A program made the translations under genes and the position numbers. From assembly GCA_037441385.1 (NCBI GenBank), contig JBBISH010000004.1, positions 1-64,000 on the forward strand: a stretch of 64,000 nt of DNA, written 5' to 3'. The notes below the pieces were generated by a model that saw nothing but the letters and a program-made list of their open reading frames with translations, was not told the DNA's origin and did no database searches. Below, piece after piece: positions 38,087-46,686 of this stretch (positions are counted from its first letter, which is position 1; each line of letters begins with the position of its first letter). This DNA is from Myxococcales bacterium. GTDB taxonomy: Bacteria; Myxococcota_A; UBA9042.

Positions 38087-39850
38087 ATGAGCAACCCAAG
38101 CGTTCCCAATGCCGTTTCTCAGCAACCCGACGCCATTTCGCAGGGCCGCGCCGACCTGGTCGCGTGGCGCCAAGCCGACGACGGCAACTGGTATGGCGGC
38201 AATGCTGCGTTGGGGGCGATGGTCGCGCACTTTGCGCCGCAGACCGGGCCGGCGACGCACCAACACCTGGAGCAAGTGGGCCGGCAGGTGGGCGCCAGCG
38301 AGGGGCTGGTTCACCGCTGCAGCCACGACCCATACCTGCCGGTGCTGGACCGCTTTGACTACCTGGGCCGCCGCCAAGAGCGGGTACGCTTTGACGCCAG
38401 CTACCACGAGTGGGGAAAGATCGTCTACGGATCTGGGGTGATGGGGCTCACTGGCCAGCACGGGCGCGCCGTAGAGCAGGCGACGCTGATGATGCTGGCG
38501 GCCCACCACGGCGAAGCCGGCCACACCTGCCCCCTGGCCTGCACCGCGGGCATGATCAAGGCGATTCAGCGCTGCGGCCACCCCGCCCTGAAGAAGGCTC
38601 TGCTGCCCGGACTGCTGAACCCCGACTACGACAAGCGCTTACACGGCGCGCAGTTCCTGACCGAGGTCCAAGGCGGCTCGGACGTGGGCGCCAACGCCAC
38701 CCGCGCCAATCTGATCGGGGAAGAGACGCCGGAGAGCCCGGCCCTGTGGGCCCTGACCGGCGAAAAATGGTTCTGCTCGGTCATCGATGCGCCGCTCTAT
38801 GTGCTGACGGCCCGCCCCGACGGCGCCGCGCAGGGCACCAAGGGACTTGGCCTGTTCCTGGTGCCCCACGATCGGCCGACCGGGCGCGAGGTGGGCCAAC
38901 AGCCTATGTCACATACACTTTTTCAGGTGCCGCGCGAGCCCAACCACCTGACCATCCGCCGCCTGAAACACAAGCTGGGCACGCGCGCCATGGCCTCGGG
39001 CGAGGTGGACTGGCAGGGCGCGTTGGGGTGGCAGTTGGGGCCGTTGGAACTCGGCTTTCACCACGTCGTCGACATCGTGCTCAACACGTCGCGGCTGTGG
39101 AACGCTATGGCCTGCTGCGGGATGTTGTGGCGCAGCTACCGCGAAGCCTCTGGTTTTGCGCGCTTCCGCCGCGCCTTTGGCCAGCCGATCGGCCGTTTTG
39201 CCAACACCGACGCGCTGGTCGCGCAAGTCTTTGCCGAGGCCTGTGCCGCGACCGCCAGCACCCTGGATCTGGTCGCCGTCGACGAGGCCGGCAGCGCGCC
39301 CGAGGCCGTGCGCCTGGGCCTGAACATGAACAAGTACTGGACCAGCGTGCGCACCACGCAAATGATCCGCAACGCCATGGAGGTCATCGGCGGCAACGCG
39401 GCCATCGAGGATTTTACCCCGCTCGGTCGCCTGTACCGCGATGCGCTGGTCACCGAGTCGTGGGAGGGGGCCCACAACGTGCTGATCGCCCAGTGCTGGC
39501 GCGACATGCAGCGCCTGGGCCTGCACAAGGCCTGGTTCGACTGGCTGCTGGGGCGGCTGAACGCGCTGCCGGCCGGGACCGCGCGCGACCTGCTGGCTGG
39601 GCGGCTCCGCGACTTGCAGGCCGACGCCCAGGCTCTGGTGGCCTCGCAGGACCCGGCCGATGCGCGCCAAGCGAGAGCTTTTGTAGAGAACGCGATGGTC
39701 GCCCACCAGGGCCTGTGTCTGGTCGAACTGGCCGAGCGGGCGCCGGCGGCCATCAACCCTGCGGTCGCCCTGCACTTCTTGGAGCTGCACCCGCAGCGGC
39801 GGCCGTCGGCAAGCATGGGCTGGTGGCCCGAGCGCGATCAACTTCGCTAG
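38087..39850 (+). CDS. Acyl-CoA dehydrogenase family protein (AidB-like)
   Basis: GEAGHTCPLACT; QFLTEVQGGSDVG; GEKWFCS; RLKHKLGTRAMASGE; WEGAHNV. Confidence 0.9.
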   Translation: MSNPSVPNAVSQQPDAISQGRADLVAWRQADDGNWYGGNAALGAMVAHFAPQTGPATHQHLEQVGRQVGASEGLVHRCSHDPYLPVLDRFDYLGRRQERVRFDASYHEWGKIVYGSGVMGLTGQHGRAVEQATLMMLAAHHGEAGHTCPLACTAGMIKAIQRCGHPALKKALLPGLLNPDYDKRLHGAQFLTEVQGGSDVGANATRANLIGEETPESPALWALTGEKWFCSVIDAPLYVLTARPDGAAQGTKGLGLFLVPHDRPTGREVGQQPMSHTLFQVPREPNHLTIRRLKHKLGTRAMASGEVDWQGALGWQLGPLELGFHHVVDIVLNTSRLWNAMACCGMLWRSYREASGFARFRRAFGQPIGRFANTDALVAQVFAEACAATASTLDLVAVDEAGSAPEAVRLGLNMNKYWTSVRTTQMIRNAMEVIGGNAAIEDFTPLGRLYRDALVTESWEGAHNVLIAQCWRDMQRLGLHKAWFDWLLGRLNALPAGTARDLLAGRLRDLQADAQALVASQDPADARQARAFVENAMVAHQGLCLVELAERAPAAINPAVALHFLELHPQRRPSASMGWWPERDQLR

Positions 39851-40058
39851 TTAATTCAGTCTGCTCAGTACTGTAGTCACGCGCCAGTCACCGTGGCAGC
39901 GGGCCGTCACATTTTCGGTTGCCGGGCCGCAGCGCCCTCGCTACTATCGGCGCATAGGGTTCAACGCGACCGGCCCAAATGGCCCACGCTGAGCCCAGCG
40001 GCGCCAACTCAGTGCGCCGCGCCAATCGCGGCTTGACTTCGCCGCAAGGAGGCAAGGC

Positions 40059-40271
40059 ATGGAACATGTTCCGGTCAATCAGGACGAGCGGTTCGAGCTG
40101 CTCGAGCAATTGAACGTTGAACACGCGGCCCTGGAGCGCCGCCTGCACGAGCTCGACGGCTACCACTCGCTGACCCACGAAGAAGAGCTCGAGCGCGCTC
40201 AGGTCAAGAAGCTCAAGCTCCAAAAGAAAGACAAAATCGACTACTTGACGCGCATCACCCTGCCGTCGTAG
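40059..40271 (+). CDS. DUF465/YdcH-family small coiled-coil protein
   Basis: EH..LE..L.EL...LT..EE...KKLKLQKKDKI; AAGGAGG Shine-Dalgarno. Confidence 0.85.
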   Translation: MEHVPVNQDERFELLEQLNVEHAALERRLHELDGYHSLTHEEELERAQVKKLKLQKKDKIDYLTRITLPS

Positions 40272-40291
40272 CTCGATTCCAACATTCGCGC

Positions 40292-40371
40292 AACGCGAAC
40301 TCGCCGGACTGGCCGCGGCCCATCGCCGCACCCTTCGCTCTGCCAGTTGCGAGTTCGCGTTTGCATTTTTC
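40292..40371 (+). terminator. Long stem-loop followed by a T tract downstream of the DUF465 gene
   Basis: AACGCGAACTCGC (40292-40304) pairs with GCGAGTTCGCGTT (40349-40361); inner ACTGGC/GCCAGT; then TTTTT. Confidence 0.45.
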
Positions 40372-40486
40372 GCCCGCAGGCAAGGGATCTGGGCGACGAG
40401 GCTGTGGCAGGACCGGCCCACGCCGCCCTGGCGCCCCTGCCCAAAACGCTTAACCTATAGGCGGGCGGCAAAGCGGAGGCGCAATC

Positions 40487-40945
40487 ATGGATCTGAAACA
40501 CATCCTGGTCCCTGTGGATTTTTCGGAACCCAGCAGGCAGGCGGTGCAATGGGCGTGCGAGCTGGCCCGGCGCTATGGCGCGGACTTGACGCTCCTCAAT
40601 GTTTACCCAGTGCCCGGCTACGTGCTGCCCGACGGCTTTGTGACCGCCGGCCCCGAGATCCTGGGCGAGGTAGAGGCCAAGACGCGCGATTCGCTGCAAG
40701 AGTGGGCGCAACTGTGCGCGGGCGAAGGTGCTCCTCGGACGGAAATCGCCACCGCGCTAGGCCAGTCGTCCAGCGAGATCGTGCGCTGGGCGGCGGAACA
40801 CAAGGCCGACCTGATCGTCATGGGCGCCCACGGACGTTCGGGCCTGGCGCTGCTGCTGCTTGGCTCGACGACCGACAAGGTGGTGCGGCAAGCGCACTGC
40901 CCGGTGCTGGTGGTGCCGCCTGCGCCGCGTGCCGTCGCTAAGTAA
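40487..40945 (+). CDS. Universal stress protein (UspA family)
   Basis: KHILVPVDFSE; ADLIVMGAHGRSG...LLGSTTDKVVRQAHCPVLVV. Confidence 0.95.
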   Translation: MDLKHILVPVDFSEPSRQAVQWACELARRYGADLTLLNVYPVPGYVLPDGFVTAGPEILGEVEAKTRDSLQEWAQLCAGEGAPRTEIATALGQSSSEIVRWAAEHKADLIVMGAHGRSGLALLLLGSTTDKVVRQAHCPVLVVPPAPRAVAK

Positions 40946-40980
40946 GTCCAATTGTAGCGAAGTCCGCCCCGACTACCGCC

Positions 40981-43029
40981 CTACGGCTTGTCGTTGGGGG
41001 CGCACAGGTACTTGGTGGTCGAGTAGCTGCAAGTGCCGTCGTTGAACTGGATGTTGTTCGGGTCCCAGTTGTACATCGACAGCCAGCAGTTGGCGCCGTA
41101 GTCGCCGTTGGGCTCGCTGTAGGTCGAGTCGCGCAACCACCACTTGCCGCCGTCTGCCACCTTCCAGTCCGCGCAGCCCGAGCCGTAGGCCTTGGGATCG
41201 CGCATGACGCAGCCGGTGTAGCTGCCCGAGCCAGAGTCGCGGTAGACGCCCGGGATGGTGGCGAAGTAGCTGGTGCCGTACTTGTTCAGCATGGCGGTCC
41301 ACTGGCCCTTGGTGCGCGGATAGACGATGTCCCAGCCGTAGTCCTTGCAGCTATTGTCGTCGGTGGACTTGTAGGTGGTCTTGCCCGAGTCGATGGGCAA
41401 GTAGGTGTAGCCGCCGCCGTCGGTGGTCATGTCGCAGAACACCTGGAATACCTGGCCCTTGGGCGCTTTGACCCAGAAGCTGCCGTCTTTGGCCGTGGCC
41501 CCGTCGTTGGTCCAGCTCTTCTGGATGTCCAGACACGAAATGCCGGGCTTGGCCTTGATGAGACCCAGCGAGGCGATGCACGTGGAGCTGCAGCCGTCGC
41601 CGTTGGCGTTGTTGCCGTCGTCGCATTCTTCGTTGACGTCCAAGATGCCGTTGCCGCAGCTGTCGGCCAAGGTTTTCCACACGGTGCCATCGCAATAGCG
41701 CAGGGTCTTGGCGGTCTTGTCGAAGTACATGGCGCCCATCGTAGAGGGCTGGCACGGCACGGGCGCCGAGGTGGCCGGCGTCATCACCAAGGCCCCCGAC
41801 ACGGAAACCTTCTTGCTGGACAGGGTGTTGACGGTGATGGTCCAGCTGTTCAGCGCGCCGTCCGTCTTGGGATTGCCCGTGGCGGCGGCCAAGTCGGCCA
41901 CGTTGATCGACCAACTGCCCTTGGGGTTTTTGCCCACCCAGGTGCTCAAGTCGCCCGACACCAGCTTGTCCGGCGTGGGGTAGGTGGCGACCAGCTTGGT
42001 GCCGGTGCCGCCCTGGTCGTAGAGCTTGTAGGCGGTGCCGGCCGGATCGTAAACGGTGACGCGCACTTTCGAGATGTCGGAGTTGGCCAGGTCGACCGAG
42101 ACGGTCAGGCTTTGGGCGGTGCCGAAATCGGGCACGGTGATGGCGTCGGAGATGCCGGCCGGGAGGTTGTCGGCAATGGCGATCGGCGTGGCCGTGCTGG
42201 GCGCGATTTCGGCGAATTCGGTCGAGAGCAGACCATTGGACACCTCGTTCAGGCCGTCGGGCGGCAGTCCGCCGGCGGTGCAGTCCAAGCTGCCGTCGGC
42301 CTTGATGCCCTTGACGACCAGACCGGTGCCGCAACTGCTGTTGACTTTGGCCATCACGGGTACGTCAAGCAGATCGAGGTAGCTACCCGACTTGGCCACA
42401 GTTGCATACGTAGGCGTATTCTTTAGGTCTTTGTAGTCGCCGGTGCCTGCAACGGCCGCCAGGGCGGCGGCCTTGACGTAGTCGGCCAGATCGGTCGTCT
42501 TGGCAAACCCACTCAAATCTGCGGACTTGGCATACGCCGCCAGATCGCTGGTCTTGGCGTAGCCCTGCAGCAGCGCCGGATCCAAGTGGCCGGCCTTGAT
42601 GCAGCCCGAGCACTCCAGGCCTTCGGCCATCGCGCTGCGAATGGCGAACAGCACGCCGCGGACGGGGATGGTGGGCAGGGGCGCGTCGGTGGCCACCTGG
42701 ACCTGCAACCACCGATCACCGGTGAGCAGCGCCGCGGTCAACGGCGTCTTGGCGCCCAGCACGTGCGAGAACGAGCCGCCCTTGACGGTGATGTTGGTCG
42801 GTCCTTCGGTCCAGACCGGCTGGCCAGCCGCGGCGTCGAGCAGCGAAAACGTCAGCGGGTAGATTCCGTCGCTCACCGGACCGCCGCCGGTCGAAGACAG
42901 CGCGCCCTCGATCGCAGTGGTGGTGGGCACCGCCGCGCGGGCCGGGGCCGCAAACAGGCCCACAGCCGACAGCAGCCCCAGGGAAGTGAGAACCTTGGCC
43001 GACAGCGACGAAAAGGTGGAGTTCTTCAT
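40981..43029 (-). CDS. Secreted fibre-like protein, paralog 2 (P-domain; myxobacterial Cys-rich repeat; fibrinogen-like and C-type-lectin-like C-terminus)
   Basis: N-terminal half aligns with paralog 1; CGNGILDVNEECDDGN; FCDMTTDGGGYT; SEPNG...C...FNDGTC....KYLC. Confidence 0.8.
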   Translation of the reverse strand: MKNSTFSSLSAKVLTSLGLLSAVGLFAAPARAAVPTTTAIEGALSSTGGGPVSDGIYPLTFSLLDAAAGQPVWTEGPTNITVKGGSFSHVLGAKTPLTAALLTGDRWLQVQVATDAPLPTIPVRGVLFAIRSAMAEGLECSGCIKAGHLDPALLQGYAKTSDLAAYAKSADLSGFAKTTDLADYVKAAALAAVAGTGDYKDLKNTPTYATVAKSGSYLDLLDVPVMAKVNSSCGTGLVVKGIKADGSLDCTAGGLPPDGLNEVSNGLLSTEFAEIAPSTATPIAIADNLPAGISDAITVPDFGTAQSLTVSVDLANSDISKVRVTVYDPAGTAYKLYDQGGTGTKLVATYPTPDKLVSGDLSTWVGKNPKGSWSINVADLAAATGNPKTDGALNSWTITVNTLSSKKVSVSGALVMTPATSAPVPCQPSTMGAMYFDKTAKTLRYCDGTVWKTLADSCGNGILDVNEECDDGNNANGDGCSSTCIASLGLIKAKPGISCLDIQKSWTNDGATAKDGSFWVKAPKGQVFQVFCDMTTDGGGYTYLPIDSGKTTYKSTDDNSCKDYGWDIVYPRTKGQWTAMLNKYGTSYFATIPGVYRDSGSGSYTGCVMRDPKAYGSGCADWKVADGGKWWLRDSTYSEPNGDYGANCWLSMYNWDPNNIQFNDGTCSYSTTKYLCAPNDKP

Positions 43030-43072
43030 GCCGCACAGCCTAGCGCGGCCGCCAGCATAGGACAAGGAAGGA

Positions 43073-44323
43073 CTACGAAATTCGCCGGCGGCCGTGCCGC
43101 GAGCGCAGCTCCCGCTCGACCTGATCCAAAGTCAGGCCCAGCGACACCAATTTGACCATGCTAAAGAACAGCACGTCCGCGGTCTCCCACACCACGTCGC
43201 GGTCGCTGTGGGCGCGGACCAGCTCGTCGGCCTCTTCGCGGATCTTGGCATGGAGCAGCTTGCGGTCGGCGAAAAGCCGCGAAGTGTAGGCGCCGGGCTC
43301 GGGGCGATCACGCCGCTCGCGCAACACCCGCTCGAGCTGGTGCAGATCGAAGCGCTGCGGCCCAAAGCAGGACCGCTGCGGCAAGTGGCAGGCCTCGCCC
43401 GTCTGTTCCACGCGGTACAGCAGGCAGTCACGGTCGCAATCCCACCGCACCGCTTGCACGTGCTGGACGTGTCCCGAAGTTTCGCCCTTTTTCCAAAGCT
43501 CTTGCCGCGAGCGCGAAAAGAACGTGCCGCGGCCGGTCTTGAGCGTCTCGATCACCGCCTCGCGGTTGGCCCAAGCAAACATCAGCACTTGCGAATCGTC
43601 TTCGACGACGACGGGCATGAGATCGCCGGTCTTGGCCCAATCGAGCAGACTGACATACGCCTCGGCCAGGTCGAGCTTGCCGGTGTACAGCGCCATGCCC
43701 AGCTGGCTGTTGGCCCCCAACTTGTCGATCGCCGCAATTTCTTGAACCGTGGTGATGCCGCCCGCGGCCGTGATGGTGTTGCGCGTACTGGCGCAAACCT
43801 CGGCAATGGCCGGCAGATCCGCGCCTTGCATCAGGCCCTCGCGGTCGACCACCGTAAAGAGGTATTCGCTGCAATAGGGGGCCAGGCGGCTACAACGCTC
43901 GAGCGCCGTCTCGCCCGCCGTGGCAGTCCAGCCGTGCGTGGCCACGCGACCGCCTTTTTGATCGATGGCGACGATCAACTGCTCGCGGGCGTAGCGCTGC
44001 AGGAATTCTGGAGTCGCCGCGGTGCCAATGATGATCTTGCGGGCGCCAGCGCGCAGAAGCCGGTCCGCGCGGCCATGGTCGCGAATGCCGCCGCCCACCC
44101 GCGCGTCGACCTTGGCCAGGATGCGCTCGATGGTGGCCAGATTGTCGCCGCGGCCCAGCGCCGCATCCAAATCGATGATGGCCACCTCGCCGTAGCGCGA
44201 AAACTCCTGCGCCAAGGCCACTGGATCGTCGACCACCACCGCGCAGTCGTCGGGGTTGCCCTGGCGCAACTGCACGGCCTTGCCGCCCATCAGATCGATC
44301 GAAGGAATCAACATCTCGCTCAC
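43073..44323 (-). CDS. hisA/hisIE: HisA-HisI-HisE fusion (isomerase, PR-AMP cyclohydrolase, PR-ATP pyrophosphatase)
   Basis: IPSIDLMGGKAVQL.QG, VGGGIR and AAGGI (HisA); FSRSRQELWKKGETSG, DCDRD and ACH (HisI); YTSRLF...KIREEA.E and ETADVLF (HisE). Confidence 0.92.
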   Translation of the reverse strand: MSEMLIPSIDLMGGKAVQLRQGNPDDCAVVVDDPVALAQEFSRYGEVAIIDLDAALGRGDNLATIERILAKVDARVGGGIRDHGRADRLLRAGARKIIIGTAATPEFLQRYAREQLIVAIDQKGGRVATHGWTATAGETALERCSRLAPYCSEYLFTVVDREGLMQGADLPAIAEVCASTRNTITAAGGITTVQEIAAIDKLGANSQLGMALYTGKLDLAEAYVSLLDWAKTGDLMPVVVEDDSQVLMFAWANREAVIETLKTGRGTFFSRSRQELWKKGETSGHVQHVQAVRWDCDRDCLLYRVEQTGEACHLPQRSCFGPQRFDLHQLERVLRERRDRPEPGAYTSRLFADRKLLHAKIREEADELVRAHSDRDVVWETADVLFFSMVKLVSLGLTLDQVERELRSRHGRRRIS

Positions 44324-44356
44324 CCACTGGCTGCGGACCAGGCCGCGGCGCCCCCG

Positions 44357-45112
44357 CTAGGTCCGGACAGGGATGCCGCGCGACCGCAGGCAGTCCTTGA
44401 CATCCCGAATCGAAAAATCGCCCTGATGGAACACGCTCGCGGCCAAAACGGCGTGCACACCGCCCTGCTCGACCGCTTCGGCAAAATGCTCGGGCCGTCC
44501 CGCGCCGCCGCTGGCGATGACGGGGATGGGCACGGCCTGCACGATGGCCCGGTTCAAGTCGTGGCCAAAGCCCTGGCGCGTGCCGTCGGCGTCCATGTCG
44601 TTGACGAGCAACTCGCCAGCGCCCAAATCCGCTACGCGCCGGGCGAATTCCACGGCATCCAGCCCCGTGTCGCGCCGTCCGCCGTGGCTGGTCAGCGCGT
44701 AGCGGCCGCCCATCCGCTTGACGTCGAGCGACACAACCAGGCACTGGCTGCCGAACTCACTGGCGATTTGCTGCACCAACTGCGGGTTCGCCACCGCCGC
44801 CGAACCCACCGTGACTTTGTCGGCGCCGGCCCGCAGCACCGCGCGCACATCGTCCAGCGTGCGGAGCCCACCGCCGACCGCAAAGGGAATGAACAGGACT
44901 TGGGCCACCTTCGCGACCAGATCGCGCAAGATATCGCGCCCCTGGTCCGAGGCGCGCACGTCCAAGAATGCCAATTCGTCGATGCCCTGGGCGTCGTAGC
45001 GAGCCGCCAGCTCGACGGGGTCGCCCTGGTCTTGCAGATCGGCAAAACGAACACCCTTGACCACGCGACCGTGCTCGATGTCCAGGCAGGCGATGAGGCG
45101 AACCGTGTGCAC
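44357..45112 (-). CDS. hisF: Imidazole glycerol phosphate synthase cyclase subunit
   Basis: RLIACLD...RVVKGV; GDPVELA; IPFAVGGG; GAGE; PVIASGGAG; LAASVFH. Confidence 0.96.
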   Translation of the reverse strand: MHTVRLIACLDIEHGRVVKGVRFADLQDQGDPVELAARYDAQGIDELAFLDVRASDQGRDILRDLVAKVAQVLFIPFAVGGGLRTLDDVRAVLRAGADKVTVGSAAVANPQLVQQIASEFGSQCLVVSLDVKRMGGRYALTSHGGRRDTGLDAVEFARRVADLGAGELLVNDMDADGTRQGFGHDLNRAIVQAVPIPVIASGGAGRPEHFAEAVEQGGVHAVLAASVFHQGDFSIRDVKDCLRSRGIPVRT

Positions 45113-45160
45113 AGAAATCCTTGATCCAGTGGGCAAAGGCCGTTGCTGGGCGGCGGGCGT

Positions 45161-45760
45161 CTAGGCCAACCGCAGCCAGGCCGCCAAGTAATCCAGCCCG
45201 GCTTGGCCAGACTTTTCGGGGTGGAATTGCACAGCACACAGGTTGTCTTGGCGCACCGCCGCGGCAAACGGCACGCCGTAGTCGGCCAGCGCCGTGACGG
45301 CGTCGCCCAGGGCTGGCGCGTAGTAGCTGTGGACGAAATAGTAAAATTGACCTGGACTTTCAAGGCCACATGGGTGTGGCTCGGCCGGCGCGCGCAGCTG
45401 TTGCCACCCCACGTGCGGCACCGGCAGCCCCGGCGCAAAGCGATGGCACTGGCCGGGCAGCAGGCCCAGGCCGGCCACACCCGGCGCCTCGTCGCTGGCC
45501 TGGTACAGCAACTGCAACCCCAGGCAGATGCCCAAGAACGGCTTGCCGCTCTGGAGCGATTGCCGCAGGGCCGGCAGCAGGCCACTGGCCTGAAGTTGCC
45601 GCATCGCCTGTGCAAAATGGCCCTGACCGGGGAAGACCACGTGGCTGGCTGTCCGCAATTGGTCGGGATCGCGGACGAGCTGGGCGTCGCCCCCCAAATG
45701 GCGCAGCGCGCGCACCACGCTCGCGACGTTGCCGGCACCGTAGTCGACCACAGCAATCAA
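45161..45760 (-). CDS. hisH: Imidazole glycerol phosphate synthase glutamine amidotransferase subunit
   Basis: DYGAGN; PGQG; GICLG; VPHVGW; YFVHSY; QFHPEKS. Confidence 0.96.
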   Translation of the reverse strand: MIAVVDYGAGNVASVVRALRHLGGDAQLVRDPDQLRTASHVVFPGQGHFAQAMRQLQASGLLPALRQSLQSGKPFLGICLGLQLLYQASDEAPGVAGLGLLPGQCHRFAPGLPVPHVGWQQLRAPAEPHPCGLESPGQFYYFVHSYYAPALGDAVTALADYGVPFAAAVRQDNLCAVQFHPEKSGQAGLDYLAAWLRLA

Positions 45761-45925
45761 CGTCCACTCCTTGCGTTGGCTGGGTCAAACTCCCGCCATC
45801 GGCGCTACCACGCGGCCGGCAAGCCTACGGGCAAGTACGGCGCTCGTAAAGGCCTTGGCCCCTTGCCGCGGCGCACCGCGTTGCCGGATGGGGGCGAAAC
45901 GGCTACCGTGCGGCCGGAGCGCGCC

Positions 45926-46675
45926 ATGACCGACGACAAGCAAGACAACCAGGACCTGCCCAGACTCAGCAAGCGGATGGCCGAGCTGGGCCTGTGTTCG
46001 CGGCGCGAGGCCGACGACTACATCGCCCGCGGCTGGGTCAAGATCGATGGCGTGGTGGCCACTTTGGGCACGCGCGTGCGGCGCGGTCAGAACATCGAGC
46101 TGGACAGGCGTGGCTCAGCCGTGCAGCAACAACGCGCGACCATTTTGCTCAACAAACCCATCGGCTTTGTCTCTACGCAGCCCGAGCATGGCTACCGCGC
46201 CGCCGTGGAGTTGGTGCTGCCCGAAAACCGCGATCCGCAGTACCTCGGTCCGCCGCTGCGCCGCGAGCACCTGCGCGATCTGTCGGTGGCGGGGCGACTG
46301 GACATCGACTCGACCGGGCTGCTGGTGCTGACCCAGGATGGCCGCGTCGCCCGCCAGCTCATTGGCGAAGACCGCACCATGGACAAGGAGTACTTGGTGC
46401 GCGTAGAGGGGCAATTGCCCCAGGGCGGCCTGGAGTTGCTGCGCCACGGCCTGTCGCTCGACGGCGAGCCGCTGCTGCGCGCAGAGGTCGAGTGGCTCAA
46501 CCGCGACCAGCTGCGCTTTGTGCTGCGCGAGGGCAAGAAACGCCAGATTCGCCGCATGTGCGAGGCCGTGGGCCTGCGCGTGGTGGGCCTAAAGCGGGTG
46601 CGGGTCGGGCGCGTCAAGCTGGGCAAGCTGCAGCTTGGAATGTGGCGATTCCTGGGCGACGACGAGGTCTTTTGA
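45926..46675 (+). CDS. rRNA pseudouridine synthase, RsuA/RluF family with an S4 domain
   Basis: [43 protein letters not shown]. Confidence 0.93.
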   Translation: MTDDKQDNQDLPRLSKRMAELGLCSRREADDYIARGWVKIDGVVATLGTRVRRGQNIELDRRGSAVQQQRATILLNKPIGFVSTQPEHGYRAAVELVLPENRDPQYLGPPLRREHLRDLSVAGRLDIDSTGLLVLTQDGRVARQLIGEDRTMDKEYLVRVEGQLPQGGLELLRHGLSLDGEPLLRAEVEWLNRDQLRFVLREGKKRQIRRMCEAVGLRVVGLKRVRVGRVKLGKLQLGMWRFLGDDEVF

Positions 46676-46686
46676 CCGCTACCCGC

